Notes: generated by a model from the sequence alone, not told the origin. A DNA stretch of 64,000 bases from Salpingoeca rosetta (GCA_033442325.1 JAWQFM010000022.1:1-64000); one strand, 5' to 3'; shown: positions 30,940 to 52,817, numbered from the stretch's first letter. Numbers and translations: made by a program.

Positions 30940-31868
30940 ATGTGTGTGTATGTGTCTTGTTTCCGTCTCCTTCTCGTTTTCTTTACCCCCCCCCCTCTCA
31001 AACCCCTCCATCTCTCGGTCTCTCACCTCAATCAATGCACCTCCGCCACGTCTCCTGCCGTGCGCGTTGATGTTTCCAGGTGAAGCCCCGCTCCTCGGAC
31101 GGCAGCACGGGCATCACGCAGCAGTGCGTCGCCCACGATCTACAGCAGCTGCGGGGAGCCATCGATGCTGCCATGGCCGAGATCAAGCAGGTGGGCTGTG
31201 TCATGTGTGCTGTGTCATGTTGTGCGTTGTGTGTTGTGTTGTGTTGTTGTGTTGCAATTAAGTGGATTGCTCGGCCGATGGGTCATTGACCTGTCATTCT
31301 TTTATCACATGCTGCACAGGACATGCTGGTGCAAACGTTTCTCCCTGGCCGCGAGTTCACTGTTTCCTGGTGAGTGGTCAACGGGCTACACCAATCTACC
31401 CCGCCCAACAGCACATGCGAACAAACATGCACATGCAAACATTTGCACACACGCGCACATGTACAAAGAGAAAGCTGCAAATCACCACCTCCACCACTCC
31501 TTTGCAGTGTCGGTAACCCATCGACTGGCGACTTTGAGGTTCTGCCGCTGCTGGAAATCGACTATTCGCATCTCAAGGGGGATGGCCCACGTGTGCAGCT
31601 CTTCGGTACCACAAGGACAAGAGAAGGGAGAGAGTGCGCGCATGTGTGTGAATGTGGGGAGGGGGGAGGTATGGGTGTGTTGGATGTTACGGTATTGATA
31701 ATCTGCACCCGGTTTGCGTGCCATCGTTTATCAGACGGCAAACGCGGCCTAATTGACGACTACTGGACTCAAGTCACACACACGCATGGACACGTCGATA
31801 CCGCCGTGCTCGCTGCTCTCCACACCTGGTGCAGCAAGGTCTGACACGCGTGTGTGTGCGTGTGCGTG

Positions 31869-31913
<45 letters not shown>

Positions 31914-32070
31914 ATGCACAATTCACGTGGTTTTGTTTTGGATGTGTCTTCTGCAGTTGTTTGAGGAGCTGCAGCTGAAAGATTACTGCCGCATGGACTT
32001 TCGAATGGACGCACACGGCGACATGCACCTGCTCGACGTCAACCCAAACAACTGGATTGGAGGCACGTTT

Positions 32071-32139
<69 letters not shown>

Positions 32140-33069
32140 TACACACACACGCGCGCGCGCGCAGTATGTGGCATGTGACATCACTGTTGCGCATTGTCTC
32201 ATCACATGCCACGACAACCTTTACCCGACCTCTGTTTGCGCATCAGGCAAATTCCGGCGGTCTGGGGAGCTGGCCGGCATGACGTGGCCGCAGCTGCTTC
32301 GTCGTGTCATCGACACCACACGACGAAGGTGTTGTTCCATTCCATGCTGGGCGCTGCTGCCACCTTGCTCTCTGCCATGCAAGCGTGCTCATGGTGTGTG
32401 TGTGGTGTGTGTTGTGTGTGTGTGTGTGTGTGTGTGTGACTGTACGTTGCCAGGTTTGGGCTCCCGCTTGGTGTTGACACGCCACCGCGCGCGTCGGAAA
32501 CGAGTGTGGACACGGCAAGCTGTGAAGCGATTGTTGCGCGCATCACGTCGTCGGCGTCGTTCCCGGCTGCGCTGATCACAAGCGCGCTGCAGCGGTTTGC
32601 GCACCACCCACGCCAGCTCAGCGCCATCATGCAAGGTACGATCCACGGGCCTTTGGAAGTGGTGGGTTGGTTGGTTGGTTGGTTGGTTGGTTGGTTGGTT
32701 GGTTGGTTGGTTGGTTGGTTGGTTGGTGAGTTGGTTGGTGGGTTGGTTGCGCTGGATGACGGCGATGAATCGCTCACGTCACCCCTTATGTGTACACTGC
32801 AGCTGCTGCTGATGCCGCCGTTGCTGCAAACGGAACGCACCAACGCTTCTCAGCGCCCGTCCCTCGCGCCGATCCCGTGAAGAAGCGAACGATGCACGGC
32901 GACACGCGCACCGACGAATACACGTGGATGCATGACGTGGACAGCGACGAATTCCAGGACCACATTGATGCGGAGTGCACCTACTCTGAGCAGGTAGGCA
33001 CCGCAATCGAGCGGGCGAACGTAGAGTGGGAATGCGCTGATATGTTTGGATCAACTGATGTGGTCTTGA

Positions 33070-33151
<82 letters not shown>

Positions 33152-33504
33152 ACTGACAGTTGATGGCGCATCGGGAGCCGCTCATCGAGCGCATTGCAAA
33201 GGAGCTCAAGTGAGATGCAACGCATGCGGCGGCATCTTGCTTGTCATTCTTGTTGACCAGCATCGAGAGATGTGCCATGCCATGTGTGTGGCTGTGGGTG
33301 TGGGTGTGGGTGTGGGTGTGCACTCACCTGCCTCCCGGCTTCATCTTCATGGTCGTCCTGGCAGGGAACGATCACAGTTTTCAAAGCCGCTCAAGGTGGA
33401 GGCGCACGGCTTTGCGTACTGCACCATCTGCCCGCCCGAATGCGTCTACCCATTGCATTGCAGGTGTGTGGACTCGCTTCTGCAAGTTTATTGTCCTTTT
33501 GTGC

Positions 33505-33550
<46 letters not shown>

Positions 33551-35590
33551 GTGAATGCCTGCTCTCTTTGTAGCACCTCTCCATTGCGTCACATTCGTGC
33601 GCCCATCTTGGGACTGCTGCAGGGTGCGCGTGCGGAATCACGCGACGGACTCTGCGCCGCTGATTGACCGAATCCGCGCCGCAATGCGCGAACCAGATGA
33701 CGACGTTGGCGACGGCGACGACGATGGCGTGAAGGACGGCGTGCAGTTGATTGAGAAGAGTGATGTGCTTGTTCTGTTGGACGAAAATGAGCTGGCGCAG
33801 GGCCACGACGTGTTTGCCGTTGGCAACGTCGTCATCAGCCCAACAGGCGACCTCATCGCATTCACGGTGTGGGATATGTGGTGTGATGTGTGTTGATTTG
33901 TGTGTGATGCGTGCGTGTGTGTGTGTGTGTGTGTGTGTAATGCGTGTGTGTGTGTGTGTGTGTGTGTGTCGTGTGTGTCGTGTGTGTGGTATGCTTGTAT
34001 GTCGTGTAGTTGTGTGGTGCCGGCAAGTGTTGGTTGGGGGACATTGCTGAAGAGGAGAAGGCGACCGTTGTAAGATTGTGCGTGACAGGTGGTTGGTTTG
34101 GTTGCTGTCACGCTTGATCTCATCCTTTTGTTTCCTTTGCCATTTGCACGCTCCAGGTGGACGTGACTGGTGACGAGACGTACGCGCTGTATGTGCGCGA
34201 CATTGCGACCCAGTCTGTCGTGCGCACCATTGGTGGTGTGTTTGGCCGATTTGACTTCGCAGCATGCGGGCGCCGCATCGTGTACGTGTGTTCGGGGCCC
34301 GACGACACCTCCATGGGATCGCGCGTGTGTCTGCACAACCTAGACGCGCCCAAAGAGCAGCAGGTGCGATGGGCCTCTTGCGCTGTAGGTGTGTGTGTGT
34401 GTATGTGTGTGTGATTGCGGGCAGACAATCGTCAAACAGATGTTAGCGTCTCGCACAATCTCAATTTGAGCTGTGGTTGCCAGGATGTGGTTCTGTACGA
34501 GGAGGAAGACTCAGCGTTCCAGGTGACAATTGACACCACGTCGAGTCGGGAGCTGTTTCTCATCACGGCGTCATCGCAGAGCACATCGGAGGTCCACTTC
34601 ATGCCAACGGCCGTCACCCAGGACACCAAGGTCGGCTCGCAATCCTGCGCTGCATATGTCACACGCAGCTTGCGCGGCACAATCGCAATCGCAATCGCAA
34701 TCTCACATCTTTCTTCGCCCCATCTTTTCACCTCGCCTGCTTGCTCGCTTGTATGTGTGTGTGTGTGTGTGTGCGTGTGTGTGTGTATGTGTGTGTGTGT
34801 GCGTGCAGCCCAAGGTGGTGCTGCAAAGACGCGAAGGCGTTGAATACTCCGTCGATCATATGGGCGATCACGTCTACGTGTGCACAAATGAAGGCGGTGC
34901 AGACAACTTCAAGGTACCGCATGAAGGACAAGTTGTATGCGTGTGTGTGAGATACTCACACACACACACTCTCTCTCTCTCTCGCGCGCGCTCCCCCTTC
35001 CTGTCTCTTGTTCCCATCCTTGCGCTGACTTGCTCTGTTATTTGTGTGGCTGCCCTCGTCTGTGCCGCTGCTCAGGTGCTGGCGACAACGTTGGCGACGT
35101 GTTCCGATCCTGCGGCCTACTCGCTTGTCCTGCAGGACCGCGCGTTTGTGAAGGTGAGCAGTCGACGCTGTTATGTTACTTGCTTGCTTGACATGTGAAC
35201 GTGAACATGTGATATTACGTGTTTATGTGTGAACTAGTGTGCGTTGAGAATCGCTTTGTAATCACCTCGTCCATGCATGATCACCTCATCCATGCGTGGT
35301 GGTGTGCACTGGTGCAGATTGAGGCCATCGAGGCGTTTGCAGACTTCATCGTGGCCTTTGAGCGAAGTCACGGCGACAAGCACATCCGCGTGATGCGTCG
35401 CAATGGCGTCAACTGCCCGCTTGACCACTACATCCACTTCCCGTCACGTCTGCACTCACAGTGGCGGCGCAGCGAGGGCCTGGACCCCATCGTCGGGCAG
35501 AAGCTGACCGTGTCCATGCACCACCGCGACCCCAATGTCCTCTCCTTCTTCTACTCCTCCCTGCGTCTGCCCACGGAACTGAGTACGTGA
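29567..35590 (+). CDS. Predicted fusion of a D-Ala-D-Ala-ligase-like ATP-grasp domain and an oligopeptidase B (S9A)-like N-terminal segment/beta-propeller; at least 22 exons; 3' end probably lost in the gap
   Basis: ATP-grasp part: [115 protein letters not shown]. OpdB-like part: [96 protein letters not shown]. Confidence 0.8.
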
Positions 35591-35704
35591 GCGGCTGTTG
35601 ATGGCGTGAGTGCAAGGAGTGGGCCCGGGGGGAGGGGGGGCAATGGGTGAGAGCAAACTTGGCTTCCTTGCCTGAATGGCCGTCATTGACACATGCATGT
35701 GCGT

Positions 35705-35799
<95 letters not shown>

Positions 35800-35899
35800 N
35801 NNNNNNNNNNNNNNNNNNNNNNNNNNNNNNNNNNNNNNNNNNNNNNNNNNNNNNNNNNNNNNNNNNNNNNNNNNNNNNNNNNNNNNNNNNNNNNNNNNN
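35800..35899. other. Assembly gap (100 N). Other gaps: 41071-41170, 43060-43628, 45496-45765, 47563-47952, 52611-52710, 54317-54627
   Basis: Runs of N, mostly flanked by (CA/GT)n. Confidence 0.99.
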
Positions 35900-36585
35900 G
35901 GTGCATGACCGCAACTTATCGCTCAGCGGTGACGCCCTACGTCATGATGAGCAGAATACAAGGGCGATATCAGAACCAATTCACTTCCATTGGAGCGCAG
36001 CCCGCAACAAAGCAGTTGGAGCAGGAGACTAGTTGCATTCGTAGCAGTGGCATGGGCATTCGGCTGCACGCACTTTGTGGAGAACAGCTCGTCCTCGTTG
36101 CGCGGCTCTTTGCCCCACTAAGCAGCCACAGCAACGCATTGTGGATGAGAACAGTACAGAAGAGCCTAGCAAAACAATGCCTGTGTGTGTAGGAAGCGTG
36201 TTCCACTTCACGGAGGGCATACACGACACAACACGCACACACACTCACACGCTACAACAACGTAAACAACAACAACACACACACACACAACATGCGATGC
36301 GCAAACACACATGCACAATGTAAACACGTACGTTGTTTGCTTTTCGGTACCATGCACCATAGCCTAGGCGGCGATTGCGTGCCTCCTTCAGGCTGGCAGT
36401 TGCTTGTGGGTTTGGCGGCGAGCGACTGGCCTGGGTTGTCGGTCTCGCCACCTTGCGGCTTGCGGCCGCGCTCTCAAACCTACATGCGAGACGTCATGCA
36501 CAACAACACACAGGGCACGCACAGCAGCATCGCAACCAGGGTTTGTCAGAACACAAGCTCGTCTACAAGTACACACAATGCACGC

Positions 36586-36623
<38 letters not shown>

Positions 36624-36908
36624 TGTGTGTGTGTGTGTGTGTGAAAGTAAAACGCGGGACAATCGGCTGGGTTAACTCACCGTTGTCGACTGGCTTCCAC
36701 GATCGTGTTTTCGTCGATAAGCTCTGCTGGCAAGTTCAAGTACTGGAACACGCGCACGTTTGAGGTGTCCTTGGCCTCCTGTTACAGAATGTGTTGTTGC
36801 GCCGATGAGCGATTGGCTGTCTGAGGAGACCATGCAACGAGCACAAGCAAAACACAAACAAACAAAACAAACAAACACACACAGCCACACACACAGCCAC
36901 ACACACAG

Positions 36909-36962
<54 letters not shown>

Positions 36963-37479
36963 CACACACCTGGCGGATAATCTCATCCGTGGCGTCCTCG
37001 GGTCGCCATCTGGGCTTGTTGCCCATGTGTTGATCGAGCTCTGGGAGAACGGCGAGGGACGCGCGTCGGATCTGTGCCAGCTCCACGATGGGCGACTGTG
37101 ACGGGCTGTGCTGCTGCCTCGAGTTGTGCCGAGGTGCTGGATAACTGGAAATGGGCCGCTGCTGGGAGCGGCGTCGGCGCAGCTGCTGTGGCGGCTTTGG
37201 CGACCGTTGGTGGCGGTGGTGGGTGGGCGAGCTGCTGCTGCTGTCGCTCAGCTCACCAGACCCATCCGTGTGTTCCCCCTCAGTCTCCGCCTCGTCTTCC
37301 TCGTTTGGCGCACCCCAGTACTGAGGAAGGCCGAAGGCGTGCGACGACGCAGCAAGGCTGGACACCTCAATGCTGTGGCGACGGCGCGGGCGCTTCTCCG
37401 AGGTCAGGTGCTTTGGAAGAGAAGGCAGCTTGAACTCCGAGGAGCTCTTCAGATGACCACCCAAGTTGCTCTTGCTCAT
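35900..37479 (-). CDS. Hypothetical protein, partial (runs into the gap); low-complexity N-terminus and a GAWY...W motif
   Basis: MSKSNLGGHLK...ATDEIIRQ|EAKDTSNVRVFQYLNLPAELIDEN...|...RRLGYGAWYRKANN|WGKEPRNEDELFSTK|ASPLSDKLRSCT, then the gap. All junctions are GT-AG and phase-consistent. Confidence 0.6.
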
Positions 37480-37748
37480 TGCGGCGGCGCTCTTGTTCGT
37501 GTCTGTAGTTTGCTTGCGATCGGCTGAAATTGCAGTGTCCAAGCGGCGAATAGGTTGTTTGTCTCCCGTCAGCCGTGCGACCGCGTGTGAGTGTGGGTGC
37601 TGCTGGTGCTGCGGGTGCTCTGCTGAAACGTGTCGTGTCGCGGCGTTTAGTTGAAAGAAGGCAGAAGCGAGGCGCAGGCTCGGCTATTGTGTGAGATGAT
37701 AGGCAGAGGTTCGTTTGGAAGAAACGCAGGAACGCAGGAAGGAAGTAA

Positions 37749-37810
37749 GGAAGGCTGGAAGGCTGGAAGGCTGGAAGGCTGGAAGGCTGGAAGGCTGGAA
37801 GGCTGGAAGG
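37749..37810. repeat. (GGAAGGCT) x7.75 in the divergent intergenic region
   Basis: Read directly from the sequence. Confidence 0.9.
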
Positions 37811-38437
37811 AGTCCAGTTCATGCAGAGCAAATGGCTTGTTTATGCAGGCGGGGGATGGCCGACAGGCGGCTCGGCTCGGGCTTGCTTGATTGTGGTTGC
37901 CTTGTCTTGTGTAAAGGAGGGTAGGGCGAGCGTGAATGACGGACGGGGTTGGTTGCAACTGTGTTGGTGGTGGTGCTGCACCTTCTTGCTTCCCACTTGT
38001 TGTTGGCGTTTGTGTGCAGTGTGCTTCCTCACCACACGTGTTTTGCCTGCTTCTTGCTGCCTTGTTTGTGTGTGGTTCGGAGCAGACCTATCGCTTTGGC
38101 GTAAACTGCTGCACATTCCACGAATCCGTCTGGTCACAAAAGGAATGACGTCATGGACTCAGGGCCGTCATGAAGTCAGACAGCACAAATTGGAATTCGC
38201 TGACATCAGCAGTTTTCTCGCTTGCCTTGCCAACAAACCACAAAATCCAACCCACAACAACACTGCACAACCAACCAACCAACCCGCGACTACAACACAC
38301 ACCTGCCGCACGATCAACCACCACCACAACTGCGAACACAACTTCGACTACTGTCACACACATACACACTCACATACACACTCACATACACACTCACATA
38401 CACACTCACATACACACTCACACAAACAAAACAAGCA

Positions 38438-44479
<6,042 letters not shown>

Positions 44480-45195
44480 CGCACACACCCACATACCCAC
44501 ACACCCACACACCCACACGCACGCCCGTAGTGGCGGCCACGAAACAGCGGCTGTTCGTTTATGCCTGCCCCTGCATGCACTCGTGCACAGTTGCTGTGTT
44601 GATTGTTGTTTGAGATAGCCCTGTGGTGTTTGGTTGTGTCTTGCTTCTCACTGCTCTGTGTGTGTGTGTGTGTTCTTCATTTTCATTTTTCATTTGCTTG
44701 TGCTGGATGGATGGATACTTGTGTTGTTGGTTTTTGCATTTACACGTACAAGAAAGAAAGAAGAAACACTGGCCTGCCCAAGAAACGAAGGAAATCAGAC
44801 GCAAACACGATGTCACACACACACACACACACACAATGTCAAGATGCAAGTAAGGAAAGGGCACTGCACGGGAAGATGTGTCAAGTGAGAGGAATATACA
44901 ATAGGGTGGCGCGGTCGCTTAGTTTTGTGAAGCATGCTGCTTCGTGTGGTTGGTGGCTGTGGCGTCTGGTTTGTGATACAGTGGCAGCTGTTGTTGCTGT
45001 TGTTGTGCAGCCGTGTGCTGTGGAGGAAGAGAGGGGGTGGAGGAAGACAAGGATCGAATATGTGAGGTGAAGCAAAAGCGTGTGTGCGCGCGCGTGCGTT
45101 TGTGTGTGTGTGTGTGTGTGCATATGTGTGTGGTTGTGTGTGTGTGTGTGCGTTTGTGTGTGCATGGTTCACAACAGTCCTGTACTGGTCTGCTC

Positions 45196-45433
45196 TCATG
45201 CCCAAATCACCTTGTCCATGTCGTCTGCAACCTGCTGCTTCGCCCGCTGCGCCTGCTTCTCCCTGTGTGATGTTGTATTCACAAGATGGGCCAAGATGGG
45301 AGGGGGGCGGTGGGAAGGATGAGGGCGTGGGAAGTTAGGAGGGGGGGGCAATTGTGGTGTTATTCGACGACGAGATAGCACAGCAGCAAAGCAGGAGGAG
45401 GGGGAGGTTGCACGCACATTCATGAACACACAG

Positions 45434-45495
<62 letters not shown>

Positions 45496-45765
45496 NNNNN
45501 NNNNNNNNNNNNNNNNNNNNNNNNNNNNNNNNNNNNNNNNNNNNNNNNNNNNNNNNNNNNNNNNNNNNNNNNNNNNNNNNNNNNNNNNNNNNNNNNNNNN
45601 NNNNNNNNNNNNNNNNNNNNNNNNNNNNNNNNNNNNNNNNNNNNNNNNNNNNNNNNNNNNNNNNNNNNNNNNNNNNNNNNNNNNNNNNNNNNNNNNNNNN
45701 NNNNNNNNNNNNNNNNNNNNNNNNNNNNNNNNNNNNNNNNNNNNNNNNNNNNNNNNNNNNNNNNN

Positions 45766-45840
<75 letters not shown>

Positions 45841-47457
45841 CCAGCACATGCCCATGTGGGGTGCTGACCTGAAGTTTGCTGATGTGTACCAGACGATACC
45901 GACAATGGTGATGCCGACGCCCGCGGATGTGTAAACCGTCATTGGCGTGGCGAAGATGACAATCCCAAGGATGATCGCAAGCACCTGCGGCATTTTGGGA
46001 GGGGGTGTTGATAGCGTGGTGAATGGCGGTGATTGGTGGGTACAGTGGTGGCGTGATGGTAACGTGATCGTGAATTGAAAACGGTGATTGACAATGGTGG
46101 CGATAAAGTCGTGGTGACGTAGTGACGTGGTAAGGCAGTGAGGGCATCGTGTGTGGCGGTTGAGTGTCGATGCAGGGCTGGTGGTGCAAACACGCCGTAC
46201 CTGTTTTGTGATGCCGCCAATGTTCATGGCGAGTGGAGAGGTCTTCTTGTTGGCGAGAAACGAGACAATGTTCAGGAAGAACGCAGCTGTAGGAGAGGAG
46301 AGCGGTGGTGTCGAGTGAAGGAGGGAAGAAAGGTGTGAGTGCTCTGGGGTACAAGCAGGCATATGGAAAGGGTGCAGTGATACGCGCGCGTGTGTGAGTG
46401 TGCAAGTGGTCATGTGCACGTGTGCGTGAGTGTGCAAGTGGTCATGTGCACGTGTGCGTGAGTGTGCAAGTGGTCATGTGCACGTGTGCGCGTGCATGCG
46501 GTGGTGCCTCACTTGATCCGTTGACGATCATCGCCGCATACGTCTGCGATGAACACATGGGCGCGGAAAAACAAAAAACAAACAGCGTGTGAGGTGTGGT
46601 GGTCGAAGCAACTCCTTTGCGAGGCAAACGTGCCTCACATACGCATCGACACGCATGCCATGCATGTACAAACACAAACACACAGAGAGAGAGAGACAAC
46701 AAACATACACACACACACAACATACACACACACAGAGACAACAAACACACACATACATATGAGAGCACATACAGATGGGGGAGCGTTGTCGCGAAGGTGG
46801 ATGTACACATTGGAGAGCGTCCCGTTTGCTGCCAGCACGAGCCCCATCTGCAGCAGCGCATACCCGCTCATGTACTGGCAGTGGCAGGGGAGAGTGGAGG
46901 TGTGATGATGACCACGATGATGAGCAGTGGCAGGGGTGATGGGCGAAGCAGCTGCAGCTGTGACACACCCACACACACACCCACACACACCCACACACAC
47001 CCACACACACCCACACACACCCACACACACACGACACAACACACACACACACACGCACAACGCTACATTACACGACACAACACAACACTACACAACGCAA
47101 CACAACACAATGCACACACCCACACACTACACACACGCATGTGCAGGCCTGTGCATGTACCTGAATGAGGTCAAACGGGTGGAGTTTGAGGGATCCAACC
47201 ATGAATATGTTGGTGATGACGCCCTGGCATGATGATCGCAGCGGCAGCATTGAGGTGAGGTGAGGCGAGGGGAACCAGCAGGCAGTGGTGAAGAATGAGG
47301 GGAAGGAGGGTTCAGGAATGGTGAGCTTGACATGGACGTATGTGAACCAAGTTGCAAAACACACAAGGCTTGCATGTTGAGCTTGCATATCCCTCCAACC
47401 CACACACGCACACACACGCACACACGCACACACACGCACACACACACACACACGCAC

Positions 47458-47550
<93 letters not shown>

Positions 47551-47994
47551 CACACGCACGCANNNNNNNNNNNNNNNNNNNNNNNNNNNNNNNNNNNNNN
47601 NNNNNNNNNNNNNNNNNNNNNNNNNNNNNNNNNNNNNNNNNNNNNNNNNNNNNNNNNNNNNNNNNNNNNNNNNNNNNNNNNNNNNNNNNNNNNNNNNNNN
47701 NNNNNNNNNNNNNNNNNNNNNNNNNNNNNNNNNNNNNNNNNNNNNNNNNNNNNNNNNNNNNNNNNNNNNNNNNNNNNNNNNNNNNNNNNNNNNNNNNNNN
47801 NNNNNNNNNNNNNNNNNNNNNNNNNNNNNNNNNNNNNNNNNNNNNNNNNNNNNNNNNNNNNNNNNNNNNNNNNNNNNNNNNNNNNNNNNNNNNNNNNNNN
47901 NNNNNNNNNNNNNNNNNNNNNNNNNNNNNNNNNNNNNNNNNNNNNNNNNNNNTGGTGAGTGTGCGTGTGCGAGATGGTGAGTGTGCGTGTGTGT

Positions 47995-48043
<49 letters not shown>

Positions 48044-48265
48044 TGTGTTGTGCACAGTTGGAAAACACGTTCCAATCCCAATATCCACGCACCACACAGA
48101 TCAACACAACACACACACACACAACACACACAAATACACAAACATACACGCACGCACAACCACAACACTCACGTTCATAAGCAGCTTGTTGGTTGTAGTT
48201 GTAAACAGGTTCATCACTACGTAGCCTGCCAGCCACAAGAACCCTTCCATGCCGCCAATGGCCAT
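45196..48265 (-). CDS. Triose-phosphate / nucleotide-sugar transporter family (TPT, SLC35E/C-like); middle missing in a gap
   Basis: MAIGGMEGFLWLAGYVVMNLFTTTTNKLLMN|(gap)|KLHPFDLIQ|YMSGYALLQ..|AAFFLNIVSFLANKKTSPLAMNIGGITKQ|VLAIILGIVIFATPMT...GVGITIVGIVWYT; stop at 45196. Confidence 0.8.
46394..46489. repeat. 32-bp minisatellite x3 (GTGAGTGTGCAAGTGGTCATGTGCACGTGTGC), intronic
   Basis: Three perfect head-to-tail copies with no spacers. Confidence 0.9.
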
Positions 48266-49282
48266 CTTGATGCCTCTCCCGATGATCGATGGTCAACTCC
48301 AACACACACACAGACACAGCAGCAGCACCAAAACACAGCAGCTCGCTGGCTGTTGTTGTCGCGTGTGCAAAGTCAATTTTGACATTATTGGAACAAGTCA
48401 ATTTTGCCTTTTCCTTGCGTTGCCGATTCGCCCCCTGACCTCCTTCCATTGAAAAATTGGGAAACAAACACACACCCAGCTCAGCAACCACACACACACA
48501 CACCCCTTGCTTGCCTCTTCATCCGTCCGTGTGTCTTGCTGCTTTGCTTCTCCTGTGAGCGGCTCGGAACGCCTACTGCCATCGTCGTTGTCGTCGTCGT
48601 TACTGGTGGGTGAGCAGCAACGCGGGTGGATGATTCGTGCGTCTATTGTGTGTGCCCGTGTGCATGGTTGTTTGCAGTGGCGCACGGGCTGCGACACGCA
48701 AACAATCACGCATCACGCACATCACACACGTCATACAATGCGCCGCAGCCATGGCTGCGAAACGCAGCTGTGCAAACCTTGGGCGGGCGCACCTCCCATC
48801 TTCACACACGCACATGAACGCCTCTTTCTTCTTGTTCCTATCGCACTCCCACCACGCATCACACCTTCTCGACTTGGCCTGCACGGTCATACCCTCCTTC
48901 TCACTGCAAGCTGCACACACACACACACACACACACAACCACACACGCACACACACGCACGCAAACTATGCACGCATACACACACACACAACCACACACA
49001 ACCACACACGCACACAACTGCACACACACACGCAAACTATGCACGCATACACAACTACACACACGAACACACTCGCGCGCGCACACAAACACATGGCAGT
49101 CGAACACGGCTGCTTCTTGATTCTTTGAGAAGCGCGAGTTCAGCCAGCAGCTGCTGCGTTCCAGTACATCGCTGATCCCGGCACGAATTAGACAAGGCCC
49201 GGCAATACCAATTGCAGCCAGTGCAGATTCTCAGAAGCAGGCCCATCTCGTACACTTCCACCTTCACAGCGGAAACAACATC

Positions 49283-51657
<2,375 letters not shown>

Positions 51658-52535
51658 TGCCACACCGTTGAGCAAGCAACACCCACTCCCCCCCCCCCCA
51701 GCTCAAGTTTCTTCTTTGTTCTTTTTCTTCACTAAGCACACCACAATGACAACAACACCCTCCCTCCTTTCCTCCTTCTCCACTGCTGCTTCCATCGTCA
51801 TGATGGCCCCCACATCGTTTCTCTGCTTGCCTTGCTGCTCTCCTTTGTGTCACTCCCGTGCCTCACATGCCATGAGCAAGTGTTGTTCACCCGAGCAACC
51901 ATCACCTCAGCTGCCCTGCTGTCCTTTCCCTTTCTCGTACCCGCGTTGTGTTGCGTGTTGTGTGTGCTCCAAATTCCCTTTATGTTAGCGCTTTGGTTTG
52001 TGTGTTGTGTTGTGTTGTGTTGTTGTGTTGTTGTGTTGTTGTGTTGTGTGTTGTTGTGTTGTGTTGTGTTGTATTTTCCCCCGCCATCCTTGGGCGTGGT
52101 GTTGCTGCAGCCAGCTGTCTGTTTGTTCCCGTGCATGTTTAGCTGATGACCATCCATGCACGCCGTTGTTGGCCTTGATTCATTTGCCACATCACCTCCT
52201 CTTCAGCTGCATGCAACATGTGTTACGCACTGCTGTTGCCTTGCGTGCATTTGTAGTCTCTCTCTATGTGTGTGTGTGTATGTGTGTTTGTGTGTATGTG
52301 TGTGCGTGGCGCTGATTTTCAGTCATTTTCTTGCCAGTTGCTTGGGTTTGTTCCTTGTTCATATTGACCAACCCCACTCATCTTTTGTGTTGTTGCCTGT
52401 GTGGTTTTGTTGTTTGGTTCGAGCTGACTGTTGGTTGAGGAAAGAGAGAATACACGTAGATGAATGCCCTTTTGCCGTGTCTCCAACACACAGACAGACA
52501 GGTGCCAGCAAGTGCACACACAACACAGCACAACA

Positions 52536-52603
<68 letters not shown>

Positions 52604-52710
52604 ACAAGACNNNNNNNNNNNNNNNNNNNNNNNNNNNNNNNNNNNNNNNNNNNNNNNNNNNNNNNNNNNNNNNNNNNNNNNNNNNNNNNNNNNNNNNNNN
52701 NNNNNNNNNN

Positions 52711-52817
<107 letters not shown>

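Noticed and set aside
29567-35590. Bacterial contamination or a peptidoglycan locus as the source of the Ddl-like and PtrB-like sequence
   Set aside because: The gene is split by about 21 spliceosomal introns with host-type microsatellites, and no mur genes are nearby.
38221-38234. RFX X-box-like CTTGCCTTGCCAAC upstream of CFAP52, and a TAGCAAC half-site upstream of the ODF3-like gene
   Set aside because: Several mismatches to consensus; such words are common in this TTG/CAA-rich DNA.
46394-46489. 32-bp repeat x3 resembling a CRISPR repeat in length
   Set aside because: Copies are head-to-tail with no spacers, inside a eukaryotic intron, and there are no cas genes.
47563-47952. TPT transporter as an internally deleted pseudogene
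   Set aside because: The missing central helices coincide with an assembly gap, and the visible exons are intact.
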